Translations under genes and position numbers: made by a program
DNA from: the human T2T-CHM13v2.0 reference genome, Homo sapiens
Assembly (NCBI RefSeq): GCF_009914755.1
Contig: NC_060933.1
DNA: 64,000 nucleotides
Strand: one strand, 5' to 3'
Notes under the pieces: generated by a model
The model's database searches: none
Seen by the model: the letters and a program-made list of their open reading frames with translations, nothing else
Told to the model about the DNA's origin: nothing
Part shown: piece by piece, positions 1 through 10,013 of the stretch
Layout: each line of letters starts with the position of its first letter
How positions within the stretch are numbered: the first letter of the stretch is position 1

Positions 1-269
1 TCATTCGAGTCACAGAGTAGAATGTTCCCTGTTATATACCAGGTTTGAGACACTCTTTCTGCACTACCTGGAAGTGGACATTTGCAGCGCTTTGAGGCCT
101 ATGATGAAAAAGGAAATATCTTCCCATAAAAACTAGACAGAAGCATTCTCAGAAACTTGTTTGTGATGTGTGTATTCAACTAACAGAGATGAACCTTTCT
201 TTTTACAGAGCAGTTTTGAAACACTCTTTTTGTGGAATCTGAAAGTGGATATTTGGATAGCTTTGAGGA

Positions 270-286
270 TTTCGTTGGAAACGGGA
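270..286 (+). promoter_or_regulatory. CENP-B box in monomer m1 (representative; present in essentially every cassette)
   Basis: TTTCGTTGGAAACGGGA matches the established consensus YTTCGTTGGAARCGGGA. Confidence 0.97.
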
Positions 287-436
287 TTACATATAAAATC
301 TAGAGAGAAGCATTCTCAGGAACTTCTTTGTGATGTTTGCATTCACGTCACAGAACTGAACATTCCCTTTCATAGAGCATGTTTGAAACACTCTTTCTGT
401 AGTATCTGCAAACGGACATTTCAAACGCTTTCAGGC

Positions 437-453
437 CTATGGTGAGAAAGGAA
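437..453 (+). promoter_or_regulatory. A-box / pJalpha-like motif of A-type monomers (representative; m2, m4, m7)
   Basis: CTATGGTGAGAAAGGAA lies at the position homologous to the CENP-B box and is close to the pJalpha consensus CTAYGGTGRAAAAGGAA. Confidence 0.75.
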
Positions 454-607
454 ATATCTTCAAATAAAAACTAGACAGAAGCATTCTCAGAAACTTATTT
501 GCGATGTGTGTCCTCAACTAACAGAGTTGAACCTTTCTTTTGATACAACATTTTGGAAACACTCTTTTTGTAGAATCTGCAAATGGATATTTGAATAGCT
601 TTGAAGG

Positions 608-624
608 TTTCGTTGGAAACGGGA
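608..624 (+). promoter_or_regulatory. CENP-B box in monomer m3 (representative)
   Basis: TTTCGTTGGAAACGGGA, 338 bp after the m1 box. Confidence 0.97.
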
Positions 625-1629
625 ATATCTTCATATAAAATCAAGACAGAAGCATTCTCAGAAACTTCTCTGTGATGTTTGCATTCAACTCATAGAGTTG
701 AACACTTCCCTTCATACAGCAGGTTTGAAACACTCTTTTTGTAATATTTGGAAGTGGACATTTGCAGCGCTTTGAGGCCTATGATGAAAAAGGTAATATC
801 TTCCCATAAAAACTAGACAGAAGCGTTCTCAGAAACTTGTTTGTGATGTGTGTATTCAACTAACAGAGATGAACCTTTCTTTTTACAGAGCAGTTTTGAA
901 ACACTCTTTTTGTGGAATCTGAAAGTGGATATTTGGATAGCTTTGCGGATTTCGTTGGAAACGGGATTACATATAAAATCTAGGGAGAAGCATTCTCAGG
1001 AACTTCTTTGTGATGTTTGCATTCAAGTCACAGAACTGAACATTCCCTTTCATAGAGCAGGTTTGAAACACTCTTTCTGTAGTATCTGCAAGCGGACGTT
1101 TTAAGCGCTTTCAGGCCTGTGGTGAGAAAGGAAATATCTTCAAATAAAAACTAGACAGAAGCATTCTCAGAAACTTATTTGCGATGTGTGTCCTCAACTA
1201 ACAGAGTTGAACCTTTCTTTTGATACAACATTTTGGAAACACTCTTTTTGTAGAATCTGCAAGTGGATATTTGGATAGCTTTGAAGGTTTCGTTGGAAAC
1301 GGGAATATCTTCATATGAAATCAAGACAGAAGCATTCTCAGAAACTTCTCTGTGATGTTTGCATTCAACTCATAGAGTTGAACACTTCCCTTCATACAGC
1401 AGGTTTGAAACACTCTTTTTCTAATATTTGGAAGTGGACATTTGCAGCGCTTTGAGGCCTATGTTGAAAAAGGAAATATCTTCTCCTAAAAACCAGACAG
1501 AAGCATTCTCAGAAACTTCCTTGTGATGTGTGTACTCAAGTAACAGAGTTGAACCTTCCTTTTGACAGAGCAGTTTTGAAGCACTCTTTTAGTAGAATCT
1601 GCAAGTGGATATTTTGATACCTTTGAGGA

Positions 1630-1646
1630 TTTCGTTGGACACGGGA
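1630..1646 (+). promoter_or_regulatory. Variant CENP-B box in m5, predicted still functional
   Basis: TTTCGTTGGACACGGGA keeps the nine core positions NTTCGNNNNANNCGGGN. Confidence 0.8.
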
Positions 1647-1799
1647 TATCTTCATATAAAATCTAGACAGAAGCATTCTCAGAAACTTCTTTGTGCTGTA
1701 TGTCCTCAATTAACAGAGTTGAACCTTTGTGTGGATACAGCATTTTGGAAACATTCCTTTAGTAGAATCTGCAAGTTGATATTTAGATAGCTAGGAAGA

Positions 1800-1816
1800 T
1801 TTCCTTGGAAACGGGA
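1800..1816 (+). other. Degenerate CENP-B box in m6, predicted non-binding; seen in every Y cassette read
   Basis: TTTCCTTGGAAACGGGA: the core TTCG is changed to TTCC. Confidence 0.85.
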
Positions 1817-2015
1817 ATATCTTCATATAAAATCTAGACGGAAGCATTCTCAGAAAGTGCTTTGTGATGTTTGCATTCAAGTCACAGAGTTGAATATTCC
1901 CTTTTATAGAGCAGGTTTGAAACACTCTTTCTGCACTACCTGGAAGTGGACATTTGGAGCGCTTTGAGGCCTATGTTGAAAAAGGAAATATCTTCCCATA
2001 AAAACTAGACAGAAG

Positions 2016-2695
2016 CATTCTCAGAAACTTGTTTGTGATGTGTGTATTCAACTAACAGAGATGAACCTTTCTTTTTACAGAGCAGTTTTGAAACACTCTT
2101 TTTGTGGAATCTGAAAGTGGATATTTGGATAGCTTTGAGGATTTCGTTGGAAACGGGATTACATATAAAACCTAGAGAGAAGCATTCTCAGGAACTTCTT
2201 TTTGATGTTTGCCTTCAAGTCACAGGACTGAACATTCCCTTTCATAGAGCAGGTTTGAAACACTCTTTCTGTAGTATCTGCAAGCTGACGTTTCAAGCGC
2301 TTTCAGGCCTATGGTGAGAAAGGAAATATCTTCAAGTAAAAACTAGACAGAAGCATTCTCAGAAACTTATTTGCCATGTGTGTTCTCAACTAACAGAGTT
2401 GAACCTTTGTTTTGATACGGCATTTTGGAAACACTCTTTTTGTAGAATCTGCAGGTGGATATTCGGATAGCTTTGAAGGTTTCGTTGGAAACGGGAATAT
2501 CTTCATAGAAAATCTAGACGGAAGCATTCTCAGAAACTGCTTTGTGATGTTTGCATTCAAGTCACAGAGTAGAATGTTCCCTGTTATATACCAGGTTTGA
2601 GACACTCTTTCTGCACTACCTGGAAGTGGACGTTTGGAGCGCTTTGAGGCCTATGTTGAAAAAGGAAATATCTTCCCATAAAAACTAGACAGAAG
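2016..2695 (+). repeat. Tetramer cassette type Z (680 bp; subtypes Z1, Z2 and intermediate Zp), representative Z1 copy
   Basis: Diagnostics: GCTGACGTTTCAAG in m2; TTGTTTTGATA(C/T)GGC and GCAGGTGGATATTCGG in m3; GAGTAGAATGTTCCCTGTTATATACC in m4. Z1 carries AAAACCTAG and TTTTTGATGTTTGCCTTCAAGTCACAGGA; Z2 carries AAAATCTAG and TTTGTGATGTTTGCATTCAAGTCACAGAA. Confidence 0.93.
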
Positions 2696-3546
2696 CATTC
2701 TCAGAAACTTGTTTATGATGTGTGTATTCAACTAACAGAGATGAACCTTTCTTTTTACAGAGCAGTTTTGAAACACTCTTTTTGTGGAATCTGAAAGTGG
2801 ATATTTGGATAGCTTTGAGGATTTCGTTGGAAACGGGATTACATATAAAATCTAGAGAGAAGCATTCTCAGGAACTTCTTTGTGATGTTTGCATTAACGT
2901 CACAGAACTGAACATTCGCTTTCATAGAGCATGTTTGAAACACTCTTTCTGTAGTATCTGCAAACGGACATTTCAAACGCTTTCAGGCGTATGGTGAGAA
3001 AGGAAATATCTTCAAATAAAAACTAGACAGAAGCATTCTCAGAAACTTATTTGCGATGTGTGTCCTCAACTAACAGAGTTGAACCTTTCTTTTGATACAA
3101 CATTTTGGAAACACTCTTTTTGTAGAATCTGCAAGTGGATATTTGAATAGCTTTGAAGGTTTCGTTGGAAACGGGAATATCTTCAAATAAAAACTAGACA
3201 GAAGCATTCTCAGAAACTTATTTGCGATGTGTGTCCTCAACTAACAGAGTTGAACCTTTCTTTTGATACAACATTTTGGAAACACTCTTTTTGTGGAATC
3301 TGCAAGTGGATATTTGGATAGCTTTGAAGGTTTCGTTGGAAACGGGAATATCTTCATATAAAATCAAGACAGAAGCATTCTCAGAAACTTCTCTGTGATG
3401 TTTGCATTCAACTCATAGAGTTGAACACTTCCCTTCATACAGCAGGTTTGAAACACTCTTTTTGTAATATTTGGAAGTGGACATTTGCAGCGCTTTGAGG
3501 CCTATGATGAAAAAGGTAATATCTTCCCATAAAAACTATACAGAAG
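2696..3546 (+). repeat. Pentamer cassette X5 (851 bp; m3 duplicated), representative copy; others start at 7971, 15286, 27705, 36212, 37743, 41146, 54757, 62752
   Basis: Spacing to the next cassette is 851 = 680+171. Two consecutive TTATTTGCGATGTGTGTCCTC monomers are joined by GGGAATATCTTCAAATAAAAACTAG. Confidence 0.95.
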
Positions 3547-6500
3547 CGTTCTCAGAAACTTGTTTGTGATGTGTGTATTCAACTAACAGAGATGAACCTT
3601 TCTTTTTACAGAGCAGTTTTGAAACACTCTTTTTGTGGAATCTGAAAGTGGATATTTGGATAGCTTTGCGGATTTCGTTGGAAACGGGATTACATATAAA
3701 ATCTAGGGAGAAGCATTCTCAGGAACTTCTTTGTGATGTTTGCATTCAAGTCACAGAACTGAACATTCCCTTTCATAGAGCAGGTTTGAAACACTCTTTC
3801 TGTAGTATCTGCAAGCGGACGTTTTAAGCGCTTTCAGGCCTGTGGTGAGAAAGGAAATATCTTCAAATAAAAACTAGACAGAAGCATTCTCAGAAACTTA
3901 TTTGAGATGTGTGTCCTCAACTAACAGAGTTGAACCTTTCTTTTGATACAACATTTTGGAAACACTCTTTTTGTAGAATCTGCAAGTGGATATTTGGATA
4001 GCTTTGAAGGTTTCGTTGGAAACGGGAATATCTTCATATGAAATCAAGACAGAAGCATTCTCAGAAACTTCTCTGTGATGTTTGCATTCAACTCATAGAG
4101 TTGAACACTTCCCTTCATACAGCAGGTTTGAAACACTCTTTTTCTAATATTTGGAAGTGGACATTTGCAGCGCTTTGAGGCCTATGTTGAAAAAGGAAAT
4201 ATCTTCTCCTAAAAACCAGACAGAAGCATTCTCAGAAACTTCCTTGTGATGTGTGTTCTCAAGTAACAGAGTTGAACCTTCCTTTTGACGGAGCAGTTTT
4301 GAAGCACTCTTTTTGTAGAATCTGCAAGTGGATATTTTGATACCTTTGAGGATTTCGTTGGACACGGGATATCTTCATATAAAATCTAGACAGAAGCATT
4401 CTCAGAAACTTCTTTGTGCTGTATGTCCTCAATTAACAGAGTTGAACCTTTGTGTGGATACAGCATTTTGGAAACATTCCTTTAGTAGAATCTGCAAGTT
4501 GATATTTAGATAGCTAGGAAGATTTCCTTGGAAACGGGAATATCTTCATATAAAATCTAGACGGAAGCATTCTCAGAAAGTGCTTTGTGATGTTTGCATT
4601 CAAGTCACAGAGTTGAATATTCCCTTTTATAGAGCAGGTTTGAAACACTCTTTCTGCACTACCTGGAAGTGGACATTTGGAGCGCTTTGAGGCCTATGTT
4701 GAAAAAGGAAATATCTTCCCATAAAAACTAGACAGAAGCATTCTCAGAAACTTGTTTGTGATGTGTGTATTCAACTAACAGAGATGAACCTTTCTTTTTA
4801 CAGAGCAGTTTTGAAACACTCTTTTTGTGGAATCTGAAAGTGGATATTTGGATAGCTTTGAGGATTTCGTTGGAAACGGGATTACATATAAAACCTAGAG
4901 AGAAGCATTCTCAGGAACTTCTTTTTGATGTTTGCATTCAAGTCACAGAACTGAACATTCCCTTTCATAGAGCAGGTTTGAAACACTCTTTCTGTAGTAT
5001 CTGCAAGCTGACGTTTCAAGCGCTTTCAGGCCTATGGTGAGAAAGGAAATATCTTCAAGTAAAAACTAGACAGAAGCATTCTCAGAAACTTATTTGCGAT
5101 GTGTGTTCTCAACTAACAGAGTTGAACCTTTGTTCTGATATGGCATTTTGGAAACACTCTTTTTGTAGAATCTGCAGGTGGATATTCGGATAGCTTTGAA
5201 GGTTTCGTTGGAAACGGGAATATCTTCATATAAAATCTAGACGGAAGCATTCTCAGAAACTGCTTTGTGATGTTTTCATTCGAGTCACAGAGTAGAATGT
5301 TCCCTGTTATATACCAGGTTTGAGACACTCTTTCTGCACTACCTGGAAGTGGACATTTGCAGCGCTTTGAGGCCTATGATGAAAAAGGAAATATCTTCCC
5401 ATAAAAACTAGACAGAAGCATTCTCAGAAACTTGTTTGTGATGTGTGTATTCAACTAACAGAGATGAACCTTTCTTTTTACAGAGCAGTTTTGAAACACT
5501 CTTTTTGTGGAATCTGAAAGTGGATATTTGGATAGCTTTGAGGATTTCGTTGGAAACGGGATTACATATAAAATCTAGAGAGAAGCATTCTCAGGAACTT
5601 CTTTGTGATGTTTGCATTCACGTCACAGAACTGAACATTCCCTTTCATAGAGCATGTTTGAAACACTCTTTCTGTAGTATCTGCAAACGGACATTTCAAA
5701 CGCTTTCAGGCCTATGGTGAGAAAGGAAATATCTTCAAATAAAAACTAGACAGAAGCATTCTCAGAAACTTATTTGCGATGTGTGTCCTCAACTAACAGA
5801 GTTGAACCTTTCTTTTGATACAACATTTTGGAAACACTCTTTTTGTAGAATCTGCAAGTGGATATTTGAATAGCTTTGAAGGTTTCGTTGGAAACGGGAA
5901 TATCTTCATATAAAATCAAGACAGAAGCATTCTCAGAAACTTCTCTGTGATGTTTGCATTCAACTCATAGAGTTGAACACTTCCCTTCATACAGCAGGTT
6001 TGAAACACTCTTTTTGTAATATTTGGAAGTGGACATTTGCAGCGCTTTGAGGCCTATGATGAAAAAGGTAATATCTTCCCATAAAAACTAGACAGAAGCG
6101 TTCTCAGAAACTTGTTTGTGATGTGTGTATTCAACTAACAGAGATGAACCTTTCTTTTTACAGAGCAGTTTTGAAACACTCTTTTTGTGGAATCTGAAAG
6201 TGGATATTTGGATAGCTTTGCGGATTTCGTTGGAAACGGGATTACATATAAAATCTAGGGAGAAGCATTCTCAGGAACTTCTTTGTGATGTTTGCATTCA
6301 AGTCACAGAACTGAACATTCCCTTTCATAGAGCAGGTTTGAAACACTCTTTCTGTAGTATCTGCAAGCGGACGTTTTAAGCGCTTTCAGGCCTGTGGTGA
6401 GAAAGGAAATATCTTCAAATAAAAACTAGACAGAAGCATTCTCAGAAACTTATTTGCGATGTGTGTCCTCAACTAACAGAGTTGAACCTTTCTTTTGATA

Positions 6501-9500
6501 CAACATTTTGGAAACACTCTTTTTGTAGAATCTGCAAGTGGATATTTGGATAGCTTTGAAGGTTTCGTTGGAAACGGGAATATCTTCATATGAAATCAAG
6601 ACAGAAGCATTCTCAGAAACTTCTCTGTGATGTTTGCATTCAACTCATAGAGTTGAACACTTCCCTTCATACAGCAGGTTTGAAACACTCTTTTTGTAAT
6701 ATTTGGAAGTGGACATTTGCAGCGCTTTGAGGCCTATGTTGAAAAAGGAAATATCTTCTCCTAAAAACCAGACAGAAGCATTCTCAGAAACTTCCTTGTG
6801 ATGTGTGTACTCAAGTAACAGAGTTGAACCTTCCTTTTGACAGAGCAGTTTTGAAGCACTCTTTTAGTAGAATCTGCAAGTGGATATTTTGATACCTTTG
6901 AGGATTTCGTTGGACACGGGATATCTTCATATAAAATCTAGACAGAAGCATTCTCAGAAACTTCTTTGTGCTGTATGTCCTCAATTAACAGAGTTGAACC
7001 TTTGTGTGGATACAGCATTTTGGAAACATTCCTTTAGTAGAATCTGCAAGTTGATATTTAGATAGCTAGGAAGATTTCCTTGGAAACGGGAATATCTTCA
7101 TATAAAATCTAGACGGAAGCATTTTCAGAAAGTGCTTTGTGATGTTTGCATTCAAGTCACAGAGTTGAATATTCCCTTTTATAGAGCAGGTTTGAAACAC
7201 TCTTTCTGCACTACCTGGAAGTGGACATTTGGAGCGCTTTGAGGCCTATGTTGAAAAAGGAAATATCTTCCCATAAAAACTAGACAGAAGCATTCTCAGA
7301 AACTTGTTTGTGATGTGTGTATTCAACTAACAGAGATGAACCTTTCTTTTTACAGAGCAGTTTTGAAACACTCTTTTTGTGGAATCTGAAAGTGGATATT
7401 TGGATAGCTTTGAGGATTTCGTTGGAAACGGGATTACATATAAAACCTAGAGAGAAGCATTCTCAGGAACTTCTTTTTGATGTTTGCCTTCAAGTCACAG
7501 GACTGAACATTCCCTTTCATAGAGCAGGTTTGAAACACTCTTTCTGTAGTATCTGCAAGCTGACGTTTCAAGCGCTTTCAGGCCTATGGTGAGAAAGGAA
7601 ATATCTTCAAGTAAAAACTAGACAGAAGCATTCTCAGAAACTTATTTGCCATGTGTGTTCTCAACTAACAGAGTTGAACCTTTGTTTTGATACGGCATTT
7701 TGGAAACACTCTTTTTGTAGAATCTGCAGGTGGATATTCGGATAGCTTTGAAGGTTTCGTTGGAAACGGGAATATCTTCATAGAAAATCTAGACGGAAGC
7801 ATTCTCAGAAACTGCTTTGTGATGTTTGCATTCAAGTCACAGAGTAGAATGTTCCCTGTTATATACCAGGTTTGAGACACTCTTTCTGCACTACCTGGAA
7901 GTGGACGTTTGGAGCGCTTTGAGGCCTATGTTGAAAAAGGAAATATCTTCCCATAAAAACTAGACAGAAGCATTCTCAGAAACTTGTTTATGATGTGTGT
8001 ATTCAACTAACAGAGATGAACCTTTCTTTTTACAGAGCAGTTTTGAAACACTCTTTTTGTGGAATCTGAAAGTGGATATTTGGATAGCTTTGAGGATTTC
8101 GTTGGAAACGGGATTACATATAAAATCTAGAGAGAAGCATTCTCAGGAACTTCTTTGTGATGTTTGCATTAACGTCACAGAACTGAACATTCGCTTTCAT
8201 AGAGCATGTTTGAAACACTCTTTCTGTAGTATCTGCAAACGGACATTTCAAACGCTTTCAGGCGTATGGTGAGAAAGGAAATATCTTCAAATAAAAACTA
8301 GACAGAAGCATTCTCAGAAACTTATTTGCGATGTGTGTCCTCAACTAACAGAGTTGAACCTTTCTTTTGATACAACATTTTGGAAACACTCTTTTTGTAG
8401 AATCTGCAAGTGGATATTTGAATAGCTTTGAAGGTTTCGTTGGAAACGGGAATATCTTCAAATAAAAACTAGACAGAAGCATTCTCAGAAACTTATTTGC
8501 GATGTGTGTCCTCAACTAACAGAGTTGAACCTTTCTTTTGATACAACATTTTGGAAACACTCTTTTTGTGGAATCTGCAAGTGGATATTTGGATAGCTTT
8601 GAAGGTTTCGTTGGAAACGGGAATATCTTCATATAAAATCAAGACAGAAGCATTCTCAGAAACTTCTCTGTGATGTTTGCATTCAACTCATAGAGTTGAA
8701 CACTTCCCTTCATACAGCAGGTTTGAAACACTCTTTTTGTAATATTTGGAAGTGGACATTTGCAGCGCTTTGAGGCCTATGATGAAAAAGGTAATATCTT
8801 CCCATAAAAACTATACAGAAGCGTTCTCAGAAACTTGTTTGTGATGTGTGTATTCAACTAACAGAGATGAACCTTTCTTTTTACAGAGCAGTTTTGAAAC
8901 ACTCTTTTTGTGGAATCTGAAAGTGGATATTTGGATAGCTTTGCGGATTTCGTTGGAAACGGGATTACATATAAAATCTAGGGAGAAGCATTCTCAGGAA
9001 CTTCTTTGTGATGTTTGCATTCAAGTCACAGAACTGAACATTCCCTTTCATAGAGCAGGTTTGAAACACTCTTTCTGTAGTATCTGCAAGCGGACGTTTT
9101 AAGCGCTTTCAGGCCTGTGGTGAGAAAGGAAATATCTTCAAATAAAAACTAGACAGAAGCATTCTCAGAAACTTATTTGAGATGTGTGTCCTCAACTAAC
9201 AGAGTTGAACCTTTCTTTTGATACAACATTTTGGAAACACTCTTTTTGTAGAATCTGCAAGTGGATATTTGGATAGCTTTGAAGGTTTCGTTGGAAACGG
9301 GAATATCTTCATATGAAATCAAGACAGAAGCATTCTCAGAAACTTCTCTGTGATGTTTGCATTCAACTCATAGAGTTGAACACTTCCCTTCATACAGCAG
9401 GTTTGAAACACTCTTTTTCTAATATTTGGAAGTGGACATTTGCAGCGCTTTGAGGCCTATGTTGAAAAAGGAAATATCTTCTCCTAAAAACCAGACAGAA

Positions 9501-10013
9501 GCATTCTCAGAAACTTCCTTGTGATGTGTGTTCTCAAGTAACAGAGTTGAACCTTCCTTTTGACGGAGCAGTTTTGAAGCACTCTTTTTGTAGAATCTGC
9601 AAGTGGATATTTTGATACCTTTGAGGATTTCGTTGGACACGGGATATCTTCATATAAAATCTAGACAGAAGCATTCTCAGAAACTTCTTTGTGCTGTATG
9701 TCCTCAATTAACAGAGTTGAACCTTTGTGTGGATACAGCATTTTGGAAACATTCCTTTAGTAGAATCTGCAAGTTGATATTTAGATAGCTAGGAAGATTT
9801 CCTTGGAAACGGGAATATCTTCATATAAAATCTAGACGGAAGCATTCTCAGAAAGTGCTTTGTGATGTTTGCATTCAAGTCACAGAGTTGAATATTCCCT
9901 TTTATAGAGCAGGTTTGAAACACTCTTTCTGCACTACCTGGAAGTGGACATTTGGAGCGCTTTGAGGCCTATGTTGAAAAAGGAAATATCTTCCCATAAA
10001 AACTAGACAGAAG

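Larger units (their letters stand above)
144..823 (+). repeat. Tetramer cassette type X (680 bp; monomers of 167, 171, 171, 171 bp), representative copy
   Basis: Diagnostics: CATTCACGTCAC, GAGCATGTTTG and AAACGGACATTTCAAACG in m2; GATACAACATTTTGG in m3; CTCATAGAG...GTAATATTTGG...AAAGGTAATA in m4. Confidence 0.95.
824..2015 (+). repeat. Heptamer cassette type Y (1192 bp = X-like tetramer plus monomers m5, m6, m7 of 170, 171, 171 bp), representative copy; 20 complete copies
   Basis: Diagnostics: TTTGCGGAT and TCTAGGGAG in m1, GCGGACGTTTTAAGCG in m2, CTCCTAAAAACCAG in m4. m5 starts at 1504, m6 at 1674, m7 at 1845. Confidence 0.95.
2016..10013 (+). repeat. HOR units: 16-mer (2016-4738), 15-mer (4739-7290), 16-mer (7291-10013)
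   Basis: Unit lengths 2723, 2552 and 2723 bp; compositions Z-X5-Y, Z-X-Y, Z-X5-Y. Confidence 0.93.

Noticed and set aside
85-100. Short palindromes (AGCGCT, AGGCCT, TCTAGA) as hairpins or terminators
   Set aside because: These 6-bp sites are standard alphoid consensus features. I saw no long inverted repeat.
291-300. TATA-like ATATAAAA after CENP-B boxes as promoters
   Set aside because: It is a constant part of the alphoid monomer. Transcription cannot be inferred from sequence alone.
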